A stretch of DNA of 64,000 nt from Alloascoidea hylecoeti (Eukaryota), in assembly GCA_001600815.1 (NCBI GenBank), contig BCKZ01000004.1, positions 620,001-684,000 of the forward strand. Direction: 5' to 3'. This document shows, piece after piece, positions 39,285 to 55,425 of the stretch. Each line of letters begins with the position of its first letter. The first letter of the stretch is position 1. Below the pieces are notes generated by a model. That model saw only the letters and a list, made by a program, of their open reading frames with translations. It made no database searches and was not told the DNA's origin. The translations under genes and the position numbers were made by a program.

Positions 39285-39333
39285 CCAATCACAATCCTTG
39301 AAGTAATCATGTATCCTTGGTGGGGGTTATAAA
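39285..39333 (+). promoter_or_regulatory. CCAAT box and TATA box of the peroxidase gene
   Basis: CCAAT at 39285-39289 and TATAAA at 39328-39333, 55-100 bp upstream of the ATG. Confidence 0.4.
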
Positions 39334-39388
39334 GTAAAGATACCAGATCTTTTCACTTGAATTCCATTTTAACAACTTCATCATAATA

Positions 39389-40243
39389 ATGACAGATAAG
39401 TATGAACCTATTCGAGAGGCCATTCGAAAAGTGATACCTCAACCAGGTTACGATGATGGTTCCGCTGGTCCGGTTCTAGTCCGTTTAGGCTGGCACGCTT
39501 CTGGAACTTATGATAAGGCATCTGGAACGGGAGGGTCAAACGGTGCTACTATGAGATATCCTTTAGAAGCAGAGGACGGTGCAAATAATGGTTTAGAACA
39601 CGCTAGAGCCTTCTTAGAGCCTATCAAAAAACAATTTCCATGGATAACATATGCTGACTTGTGGACTTTAGCCGCTGTTGTCGCTGTGAAGGAACTTGGA
39701 GGCCCAGACGTTAAATGGACTCCTGGTAGGATTGATTATGTTGATGATAAAGATGTACCACCAAATGGAAGATTACCTGATGGTGAAAAGAAGGAGGATC
39801 ATGTTAGGGATATTTTTTACAGGATGGGATTTAATGATCAAGAAATTGTTGCTTTATTAGGTGCTCATAATCTCGGCCGTTGTCATCGTGATCGAAGCGG
39901 TTATGATGGAAAATGGGTTCCAAGGCCGACTGTTTTTTCAAATACTTTTTATAAATTATTATTAGCTCCTGAAGATTTTCAAACTAAAATTTTAGATGAT
40001 GAACATTCTCAACTTTGGAATGATGATTTAGAAACAATGATGTTACCAGCAGATTTTTCATTACAAGAAGATCCAAAGTTTAAAAAATGGGTTGAGATTT
40101 ATGCAGATGATAAAGATTTGTTTTATGAAGATTTCGCAAAAGCATTTGCAAAATTGTTAGAATTAGGGGTTAGACGAGGTGCTGATGGGAAAGCACAAAT
40201 TAATAGAGTTAAAACTGGGTGTCCTTTTCATTCAAAGTTATAA
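39389..40243 (+). CDS. Class I heme peroxidase (cytochrome c peroxidase paralog, probably peroxisomal)
   Basis: [46 protein letters not shown]. No mitochondrial presequence; ends in SKL. Confidence 0.92.
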   Translation: MTDKYEPIREAIRKVIPQPGYDDGSAGPVLVRLGWHASGTYDKASGTGGSNGATMRYPLEAEDGANNGLEHARAFLEPIKKQFPWITYADLWTLAAVVAVKELGGPDVKWTPGRIDYVDDKDVPPNGRLPDGEKKEDHVRDIFYRMGFNDQEIVALLGAHNLGRCHRDRSGYDGKWVPRPTVFSNTFYKLLLAPEDFQTKILDDEHSQLWNDDLETMMLPADFSLQEDPKFKKWVEIYADDKDLFYEDFAKAFAKLLELGVRRGADGKAQINRVKTGCPFHSKL

Positions 40244-40500
40244 GTCGTCTGCAATATTGCTATCATATTTTTCTTCTGAACTGTGGTTTCTAAAAATTCA
40301 GGTTAGATATAATATATATTTCTACATTTAGTTTACATACCTTTATCATTTCTATAAACTCATAAATGTTCATTATATTCCATTTCACGCAACTATTACA
40401 GTCCTTTTCATGATCATGTTGCAATTTCTGAATATGATAAAGTTCACCCATTCAACTAAAAAATGAACAATATCTTTACACCATTTATAAATATTTCATC

Positions 40501-41282
40501 ATGTCTACAAAACACTTGAAAAGATCACTTCGAAATAAACTTCATTCTATTTTACATTCCTTGACAAATGATAATATACAACTACAGTGTATGTAGCATA
40601 TCCTTAAGCCTACAAAGGAATAGATTATGACTAACTTTTGCTTTTAACAGCCAATAATGTCTCGAAAATTATACGTTCCTTACCTGAATATCAAAATGCT
40701 AAAAGTATAGCCATCTATGCCAGTATGGAGCACGGAGAATTAAATACTGATTCAATCATTAAAAATGCGTTCTTAGATGGTAAGACGTTATATTCCAAAA
40801 TAAATACTAATTAAATATTAACTTAAATCATAGGAAAGTCAATATATTTACCAAGAATAGTACCACTATCATTTTTTGGCACACTACCCAGATTTTTAAC
40901 ACAAAAGACAGAATTGGCAATGATTAAAGTTCCATCATTTGAACATTATGAATCACTGTTACCACATGGTAAATATCAATTACGTGAACCAAGCATACCT
41001 GATTCAACCAATTCATCATTAATAGCCAATAATTTGGATTTGATTATTCTACCTGGTGTAGGGTTTACAAAAGATTGTGCAAGACTCGGTCATGGAAAAG
41101 GATATTATGATGATTATATTATAAAAATTGACGATAAAGCAGATCAAGAAGGTTATCAAAAGCCTTCATTAGTTGCTGTTGGATTAGAAGAACAATTACT
41201 TAGTTCTATTCCAGTTGAAAATCACGATAGGATATTAGATGTTGTTATTCTTAATGATAAATTGTTTAGGAAAGATCAGTGA
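40501..41282 (+). CDS. FAU1: 5-formyltetrahydrofolate cyclo-ligase; introns 40589-40650 and 40780-40833
   Basis: Spliced protein MSTKHLKRSLR..., YQNAKSIAIY, GKSIYLPRI, LDLIILPGVGF...RLGHGKGYYD, IPVENHD. Confidence 0.9.
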
Positions 41283-41747
41283 ATCAATGAATGTTTTCTT
41301 GCGATCACCTGTAATTTCACTTTACCATACATTTATAAGCAACCTGAACATATATTGGTAACCAATAATGTTACATCAAATAGAGAGTAAAATCAGAGAA
41401 GAACTCCCTAAGAGAATAACCCTCTTTATTGAGACTATTTATATATGTAATCTAGATGACCCAGATATTCGGATATACGCATTATACCATGTAATAATGT
41501 AGAATAAAGAGCAGTGTTTAGGTATTGTATGTTGAATCTGTTGATCCAATAGCAATGAATTTTAATGATTGGGTGTTGGGTTATATAATTATGACTACCA
41601 AATTTACATAGTCATTTGAGTCTTTTGAGTCATTCCGGAATTTTCCTATACGAATATTTAAACGAGGGAAAATTACTTCTTCTCCTTCAGTTTCCAAAAA
41701 GTTAAATAATTCCAGTAATATTTTTTAGAATTTTTAGATTTTTCATA

Positions 41748-43931
41748 ATGATTGGTTTTAATAACTCTAAGAATGATACAAAGAGTCCCAATGTCAACAC
41801 CCTTTCAAATTCACTGAAAGATCCATTGAAAATAAATGTTCTAGTTTACAATGGAGAAGGGACGAGTACTGAGATTCTCAAACAAACAGTTATCACTCTT
41901 CAAAGTTTTCTAACACCATACTATGTTGTTTCTCAAATTGATTCAAAAGCATTGATCAATGACCCTTGGCCAAATACCACAGCAATGTTAGTTATTCCTG
42001 GTGGTGCTGATCTTCCCTTTTGTAAAGAACTTAATGGCCCAGGAAATTCTAAAATTTCAGATTATGTTAGGAGAGGAGGGAAATACTTAGGCATATGTGC
42101 TGGTGGTTACTATGGTGGTTCAAGATGTGAATGGGAAGTTGGAACAAAATTGGAAGTTAGTGGATCTAGAGAATTACAATTTTTTCCTGGAATTGTTAGA
42201 GGATGTGTTTATCCTGGGTTTGAATATAATACAGAAAATGGTTTATATCCAGCAAGGATGAAAGTAAATCGAAATTTATTAAAAGATGTTGAGGATTTCT
42301 CTTGTTATTATAATGGTGGTGGGGTATTTGTTGATGCAGATCAATATCCAAACGTTAACATTTTAGCAAATTATGGCCCTGAAGAAATGAGTGTAAGTCC
42401 TGGAAATGGTACATCGGGAGTAAGAGCAGCTATAGTTCATTGTAAAGTGGGTAGAGGTATTGCTGTTTTAATTGGTCCCCATCCAGAAGTCACCCCTTCC
42501 TATCAATATGTTGAGAAAAGTAATAATCCTTTAAAGTATAAAGAAATCATCAAAGAACTAAAAGAAGAAAATTATAGACGATTAGAATTTATGAAATCAT
42601 TATTTGAATACATGAACTTAAAAGTACAATCAAATTTTCAAGATATTAATGGTTTACCTAAAATAACACCATTAAAATTAACTTCTCAAAGTTCATCGGC
42701 ATTGCAAACTTTAATTGATAAATTTAGTGAAAAAATTGGATTTAAAGGTATAAAACATGATGTTTTAGTTGGTGATGAAGATACTTTTCTTTTTGTTGAT
42801 ACGGAAAATGATAAAAACTATAAATTTGGTAGTGTTGAATTAAATTCAAAACAAATTCTTTTACCAAAACAAACAGATCATGATAAAGAGGAAGAAGAAG
42901 ATATTGATCCAAGTGATATGACAAAAGTAGTTGAAGCTTTCTTCCATAGTTTACCACCACCGGAATCAACTCCATATTTTAATCATCAATTATTTTATGA
43001 TTCTTTACTAGATTACAGAGATAAAACTAGATGTAAAGGTGATTATGGTTCAATATTATTATATGGACAAGTTATAACTTCAACATCAACAATACTTGAG
43101 AAAAATTATAATGTTTTAAAACAATTACCAGAGGGATTTACATGTGTTGGGAGTATTCAACTTTCTGGAAAAGGACGTGGTGGAAATGTATGGGCTACAC
43201 CATTAGGTGTCCTACCTTTGTCTGGTATAATTAGAATGAAACCCGAAGAGTTTAATGTTGCTCCTTTAGGTTTTGTCCTATATATTGGATCCTTAGCAAT
43301 GGTTGAAGCAATTAAAGGGTATGGGACAGGTTATGAAGATATGCCTATTCGCCTAAAATGGCCTAATGATATATATGCAATGAATCCTAGTTTTATGGGT
43401 ACTAATGGAATTGATGTTGGTCAAGCTAAATCTGATAAGAACTACTTTAAAATTGGTGGATTTATGGTAAAGATGTGTCTCCTTGATAATGTTTATGTTT
43501 TAACCTATGGTATTGGTGTTAACGTTTCAAACTCTGCCCCTACAACATCGATAAATCTAATTCTTAAAGCATTAAATACAATAAGAAAACAAAATAATCC
43601 TAATTGTAAAGAATTAGAAGATTATAAAATTGAAAAATTATTAGCGATTTATCTTGTTATTTTCGAAAAGTATATGAAAGAGTTTAGAAATTATGGATTT
43701 GATCAATTTAAAGAACAATATTATTCTACATGGTTACATACAAATCAGATTGTTCATTTACGAGAATATGATAATGCCAAGGCAAAAATCATAGGTATTA
43801 GCGAGGATGGTTTTTTGCTTTGTGAAGGAGTTACACGATCAGAAGCTAGTACTGGTGTAAAATATACATTACACACAGATGGGAATTCATTTGATATGTT
43901 TGAAGGGCTGATCCGTAGAAAGTATAAATGA
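41748..43931 (+). CDS. BPL1: Biotin--protein ligase with N-terminal BPL_N (GATase-like) domain
   Basis: VIPGGADLP, GGKYLGICAGGYY, GPHPE, QLSGKGRGGNVW, LKWPNDIY, KIGG, DGNSFDM. Confidence 0.93.
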   Translation: MIGFNNSKNDTKSPNVNTLSNSLKDPLKINVLVYNGEGTSTEILKQTVITLQSFLTPYYVVSQIDSKALINDPWPNTTAMLVIPGGADLPFCKELNGPGNSKISDYVRRGGKYLGICAGGYYGGSRCEWEVGTKLEVSGSRELQFFPGIVRGCVYPGFEYNTENGLYPARMKVNRNLLKDVEDFSCYYNGGGVFVDADQYPNVNILANYGPEEMSVSPGNGTSGVRAAIVHCKVGRGIAVLIGPHPEVTPSYQYVEKSNNPLKYKEIIKELKEENYRRLEFMKSLFEYMNLKVQSNFQDINGLPKITPLKLTSQSSSALQTLIDKFSEKIGFKGIKHDVLVGDEDTFLFVDTENDKNYKFGSVELNSKQILLPKQTDHDKEEEEDIDPSDMTKVVEAFFHSLPPPESTPYFNHQLFYDSLLDYRDKTRCKGDYGSILLYGQVITSTSTILEKNYNVLKQLPEGFTCVGSIQLSGKGRGGNVWATPLGVLPLSGIIRMKPEEFNVAPLGFVLYIGSLAMVEAIKGYGTGYEDMPIRLKWPNDIYAMNPSFMGTNGIDVGQAKSDKNYFKIGGFMVKMCLLDNVYVLTYGIGVNVSNSAPTTSINLILKALNTIRKQNNPNCKELEDYKIEKLLAIYLVIFEKYMKEFRNYGFDQFKEQYYSTWLHTNQIVHLREYDNAKAKIIGISEDGFLLCEGVTRSEASTGVKYTLHTDGNSFDMFEGLIRRKYK

Positions 43932-44101
43932 AGATTTATGGTCCTGGGTAAATTACAACTATTTGATTGCTTGAAAGAATGTATGATGCGATATGGATTA
44001 TACTTATGCTAAAATATTAATTTGTATATAAATTTATGTATTTTGCCCTCATTATATTTTATTCTTCTTAGCCTTTAGCCATGGCACATGTTATTTCACA
44101 A

Positions 44102-44952
44102 TCAACGAACTAATAGAAGAATAGATGTCGTAAGAATAGCGGTACAGGATAGCCAAAACTTAGCTGTTGATAAATCAAGCAAACTTGCAATACTCTTACA
44201 TCCAGTACAACTCCATGCTAACCAATGAATAAAAAAGGCGTTAGTTATGATAAAAAATATTATTTCAAAATGAAAAACTTACAAGCCAAAGGAGTATAAG
44301 ATTGAGGACTATAGACCCCAAAAACATATCCACTATAGGCAGACATATGTCCACCGGATGCTGTTGCTGAAATACTATGAGCAGCATCATACATTATCAA
44401 TGTGTATTTGGAGTTGATTAAATTGACAGTGTCATTAGACTTTTTCGTATAGGAACTTGTATCCCAAATTAGTTTAGTTTTATGAGCAGGAACACTAGTA
44501 GCGATGGTGTAGTAATGACTATTACCAGAACAATAAGCTTCTATGTTAATGGCACTTGGAGTTGTGTCCAAACTCGTATATGTCCAACGCCAAGTGGCAT
44601 TTGACCCGATTTTGACATAAGTGGTTGAGGTTGTGGCTGGAGTATTAAGTTTAATACCCCCTGTGATTGTAGAAGCATAACTGGTGGCCTCGGTTGTATT
44701 GGAGTCACTGTCAGTAGTTGTTTTAGAGCTTTTCGAGGTGGTCTTAGACGCCGACGACGTACTGTTTGATGATACACTTTTATCAGCCCGCTTATGGAAC
44801 CGTTCAAGTGCGGTTTCTATGTCCCAGATATCATCAGATTCCGTCTCCTCCGGATGTGAGGCTGGGATGGCACGACCGATAAAGTCCGGCCACACAGGTA
44901 ACCCAAAAGCAAAAGCAACGAGTGAAAGGGTCCACAACACCAACAACTTCAT
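44102..44952 (-). CDS. Secreted/membrane Psg1 (Ykl077w)-like protein; intron 44218-44282
   Basis: Signal peptide, KR site, S/T-rich linker, domain GGIKLNTP...YVKIG...WTYTSL...IEAYC. A GTAAGT..ACTAAC..TAG intron adds the hydrophobic C-terminus SWSCTGC...ILTTSILLLVR. Confidence 0.7.
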
Positions 44953-45433
44953 ATTCCTGGATCTTGATAAAAAAGAAGGTGAAATAAAAGAATATTAGAG
45001 GAAGGGGATTAACAAAGTACATAACAACCCTACACCAAAAAAACAAAACAAATTTATTTTTAGATACAATTAAATTTCAATTTTTTCTACTTATTTAAAA
45101 CTAACAGTAAAACATTTTTTTTTTTCTTTTTAAAAGGTTTCCCCCGCTTTTCCGGTTATTGTAAGTCCTACGGAAGCCTATATATATATATATATATAAT
45201 ATTAATAATAATATGTTGAAAATAGGGCTGTAATTTTTAATATAACATTTCTTCGATTTTAGATCTGTAACTCTTCTTTTCCTCTTAAAGTAACACCAAG
45301 CATATTTTTTTTGTACTGGTATGGAATATAACCAAAATAAAACAAACAAAAAAGAAAAAGATTGATATATAAAACTATTTAATAGTACACCACATAAAAT
45401 ATATCAATCTTCACTTGTTTAGTAAAACTGCAC

Positions 45434-50965
<5,532 letters not shown>

Positions 50966-52441
50966 ATTGTGAGGTGATATTTACCAGAAAAGATCGTGAT
51001 TTTAAGTTTATTTGGTGATTTTTCGTTGAGTTTGAAAAATAGACCACTAAATGAGTCGACAACAACAGAATCAATATACAACGACAATCAAATGTGTGTA
51101 CCAGCAATAGAAAAAATTCTTTAATGTATGTAAAAAAGAAGATTAATGTTGTTTTTTCGTGAGACGGCTGATTTAAAGAGAGAAACTGGTGAACCAACGA
51201 TGAGGAAGCTGGTGGAGTGTGAGGGATGGCAAATGTTTAAAGTGAGGCAAATTAGTATCTTGAGCTTCTCGTGACCAGATGTGCGCCCAACCTGCATTCA
51301 ACTGGGTATATATCAGAATCCCAATACATCCTTTGTTAATCTTTTACATGATTCCCAATATTTAAAACTTACTAGATAGTATTTAACTGAAAAATTCACT
51401 CGTATAGTAGAAAGTCTCTGCCTCGTAATTTTATATCTATATTTTTGTGCTTCTCTCTCATTTGTATTTTAGTAAGTTCTTGTTTTACCTACTCCACTCT
51501 TTCTTGGCCATTTACAAAATATAATCTGGCAAATAATCTTAAAATAAGTGAACACCGTAACACTTTAACATATAATAAGATGAAACTATGAGTTAATCCT
51601 TCAACTGAGAACTCATTAACATTCCATTCTCAATTCAGTACCTACTTCTACTTCACTCCTCTGAGCTCACATCAGTAGGAGTATAAAACCTCCGCTTCTT
51701 CTTTATCTCTCTTTTGTTTTCTCTTTTTGTTTTCTCTTTTTGTTTTCTCATATCCATTGTATCTCTTTATCTTCTTACCATGTTATTTTATTTTTATTTT
51801 TATTTCTATTTTCAAATTTTTTTTATTTTTTTTTTTAACTTTTCATATATTTTCCAATTAAATTATATAACTAGAAACCATGTAAATTCTGAGGAAATCT
51901 CTACTATATATAGTGAAATAAAAACCTCTCTTTCTATTCTTCTTATTTTTGTGTATTCTTGACACTCTTCTTTCTTCCCTTCTTATGTACCTAGACCACC
52001 TTTAAAGTAAAGAATTTTTTTTTTTTTTTTGGATATATTTTACTTTTTCAAGTTTTTAGATATTAGAATCCCCCAATCAATCTCATTTAATATTTGTGGT
52101 GGTCTCCCTGCAAATCTAATATTTTTCCTTAGCTGTATGAGGTCACAGTCATGGAGAGCGATGATTGTAAAGGAACCCACGGTCCTATAGCCATGGTCAT
52201 GTACTTCTTATGGATTCTATTCCAAAACACATTTCACAGTCTTGAACTAGCTCAACTCAAGATATATACATTTGTATTTCATTCTTAACGCACATTTAAT
52301 ACCTTATTATTTCATTACTTCTAGGACTTTCTATATTAATAGCCTTTGGGATTTAGCTATATAAAGATAAGTTAAATCCCAGTTACATCTATTGTAAGCT
52401 ATTAAGTCATTAGTAGCTTACCCTACAACGATAATAAGGTT

Positions 52442-52513
52442 GCCTCCTTAGCTTAGTGGTAGAGCGTTGCACTTGTAATGCAAAGGTCGGCGGTTCAATT
52501 CCGCTAGGTGGCA
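52442..52513 (+). tRNA. tRNA-Thr (anticodon UGU), intronless
   Basis: GCCTCCT/AGGTGGC acceptor stem, D-loop AGTGGTAGA, anticodon arm TTGCA-CTTGTAA-TGCAA, T-loop GGTTCAATTCC, followed by a T-rich Pol III terminator. Confidence 0.96.
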
Positions 52514-52532
52514 TTTCTTTTTTTCCTTTTTT
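52514..52532 (+). terminator. Pol III oligo(T) terminator
   Basis: TTTCTTTTTTCCTTTTTT immediately 3' of the tRNA. Confidence 0.8.
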
Positions 52533-53845
52533 AGAATCATCAATATCATTATAACCTCACAAATTTTAATGGATGCTTAGGAAAACTTTGAAATCAAAAA
52601 CGGTCAAGGTGATCCACTCTCATCATCGTTGTTTGTTATAGGATAGAAGGTATTATTACAATTGTGAATCAAAATGTCTCAACAACCTATAAACAACAAT
52701 CTTTTTAGATGATTATATAGTTTTTGTTCGTAATAAACGAGACCATGTCAACTTAAAACATAATGGGGGAATCCACAAAGTTATTAAATTTGGAAGTTAA
52801 CAACAATATTCTATTCAATGGCTATTAAACATCCTCCTTTACAATTACCTTTAAAATATTCTGAAAAAAAATTAAAGGATGGATTCTATCATCTAGGTAT
52901 TTCGATTCTAAATGCGAAAAGTGATTTGCTTATCAAAGATGTTAAAAAATCACTAAATAGAACAGTTATTAGAGACTTACCATTAAGTGAAAGAGCTATA
53001 GCGATTAATGTCTTCATTCTGTCAAAAATTCATTATCACGCCTATTTCTAGTCACTAAAGAATTCAGAAATACAAGACATTCAAAAAGAGATTAAAAAAA
53101 TACAATAGCAATGATTCACTGTAGAGCAACTTTACAAGGCTTATGTAAAAATGAAGTCGATAACCATGGACATTTTGAAAAAAGGCTATTTCTTCAATAC
53201 CATTGGTATTATCCAGTCTGTAAATATAAAGCAGACAATTATCAAACAACCCCAGAAGAAATATTAACTCATATAAAAACAAACAAGAATGAAAAGAAAG
53301 AAGAAAAATGTTTTCAAAGGGGATCAAAAACTTACTACTCAAATAACAATAAACCAATTATCCCAAAATGGCCTGATACCATTAAATATAGAACTGAATT
53401 AGAATGGAAAAATTGGTGGAGAATCCTCCAAAAAATAAATAATAAAAAACCAGGTGGTGTCGATTTCCTACATAGACTAAGTTTAAGAAATTACTAGACT
53501 CAAATATCCACTATTGAAGATGAAAATAACCTAAGTTTCAAAGGAAATGGAAAAATAAATCATTGCATATTATGTCTGGAACCAAATGTAGAAACCGAGA
53601 AACATATATTCAATCAATGTAGAATAAAGACAATAATATTTGAACATTTTATGGGAAAAGATTATCAACTAAATGAAATGATTTGTGATTCCACAAGAAA
53701 CACAAATGAATTAATTCCAATCAACAATATAGGAGAAGCAATTAGAAAATCGAGAAACAGAAGAAGATTCGGAACTACAACATTAGAATCAACAGACAAG
53801 GAACTTTTAACTGCAGTGAAAGCTAAGATTAAAAAGAATCAATAA
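52533..53845 (+). mobile_element. Decayed, 5'-truncated L1-clade non-LTR retrotransposon ORF2 (RT C-half plus zinc knuckle)
   Basis: In order across stops and frameshifts: FEIKNGQGDPLSSSLFV (52587), FLDDYIVF (52702), FYHLGI, LPLSERAIAINVFILSKIHY, WKNWW...DFLHRL and CILCLEPNVETEKHIFNQC (53564). Confidence 0.82.
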
Positions 53846-54888
53846 TCAGTACTTGTAATCATACAAATTTATGACATATTCTTAAATATTTATTTCAATC
53901 AACAAAATTAACTTTCTATAGATCAAATTTAATAGTCTAGCTTATATAGTTATACTTTTAATATAAAATAATGTATGGAAAAATTGCTTTCTGACATTTT
54001 TTCCTAATTCGGTAAATTGGGTATATGGGTTTACTTTATCAAAACAGTTATATTGTAACAAGAAAAGCTCTGTAATAATTGTAAAAGAAGAAAATAGCCA
54101 GAGTACCTTGATTTGGATATCTAAGAATATAGTAGACAGTGATTTTTAAAAAAATTCAATCTTAAGATACAAGTTATGCTTATGCATAATAAAACTAGTG
54201 TCTGAAAACTTTCTACGAACAAAATTACGATCGTCTTAGAGAAGAGTCTGAGTTAAAAGGACAATTGCTTAATCCAGTTACAAGTTATGAATGTTAATAC
54301 TTACAAGTGATCTACAATTCTCTATATTATCTGGACAGATACTACCGTGTGGTTAGTTTACTTTCATTACTAAATCATATTTACCACAATCAGATATAAA
54401 TTTTAAGTTAATATGCTTGAACTGGTATCACCTACACTGTAGGTCATATAGCAAAAGTTGTAATAATAACAATAAATAATAAATATGGAACCTCTACTGA
54501 CCTATTAAAATCGGAATCCATTAAATCTGAAAACTTAAATTTAATTATAAGTTAAAACAAAGGAAAATGCAAGCATTTGTTGGAATTGTGTTCTTGTTTA
54601 GTTCATAAAAGGTACTGACTCTAGTACAGCATTAATATTGCAATTTCAGCCAAGTTTAAAATAGAAGGGTCATGATGAGATGATGTGGCTGACTATTTTA
54701 ACCGTTTTAAGCATTTTCAGTATAATTATTTCCTAAAACTGCCATCATCGATCTAAATATAAACGTGAATTCAGCAAGTTAAAATAAATGTATATAAACC
54801 GTTTTAGTGATAATGACCTTTCAAAATGACCAACCATTATAAAAGCATCTAATGAACCTACTTTATCGATAGTTATTTACAATTACAA

Positions 54889-55425
54889 ATGACTTCAACT
54901 AGTAAAATAATTGTCCCCGCTAAAAGTATCACTTCATCAAGTAATACTACCAGTTGCATTGCTGATATTAATCATACACATGGCATACAACAGAAAATGT
55001 TCTTTTCTCCTATTTACCTTTCCAAACTCATATACTCAGGCTTGATTATTGGCAATAGTCAATCGCCAAAAGCTGCATATATTCAAAATATGCACCTTTC
55101 AACAGAAAATATCAAAATGGAGAAAGATTACTATAAAATATCTATAGGTTTGGAAAACACTCCATATCATAAAATTTATAGTCTTAAACTTGATTCATAT
55201 CCCGAAAATCGAATTCTTATCATTAATTTAGAGATTATTTCTTATTTATATAAACTATTACCACTTAAGAGATTATCACCTGAAAGGTATTTAGTACAAC
55301 TGCCAAATGATATTAAATGGAAAGAATTGGCTTCAAAAAGAATACATTTGGAAATTAATACTGAAAATGATACTAAGTGTATCTTATTTGTTTATTTGCC
55401 CGCTGCGAGTGTTTATAAATTATAG
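54889..55425 (+). CDS. Hypothetical 178-aa protein, possibly a divergent HSP20/alpha-crystallin domain
   Basis: ACAAATG start and 178 open codons. Beta-strand pattern EKDYYKISIGL...RILII...ERYLVQLPNDI...ILFVYLP resembles small heat-shock proteins. Confidence 0.5.
   Translation: MTSTSKIIVPAKSITSSSNTTSCIADINHTHGIQQKMFFSPIYLSKLIYSGLIIGNSQSPKAAYIQNMHLSTENIKMEKDYYKISIGLENTPYHKIYSLKLDSYPENRILIINLEIISYLYKLLPLKRLSPERYLVQLPNDIKWKELASKRIHLEINTENDTKCILFVYLPAASVYKL

Noticed and set aside
30795..43931. Metabolic gene cluster (STR2, amidase, peroxidase, FAU1, BPL1)
   Set aside because: No shared pathway; looks like ordinary housekeeping gene order.
52442..52513. U-U mismatch in the tRNA acceptor stem as a sign of a pseudogene
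   Set aside because: As I recall, the same GCCTCCT/AGGTGGC stem occurs in budding-yeast tRNA-Thr(UGU); the other arms and the terminator are intact.
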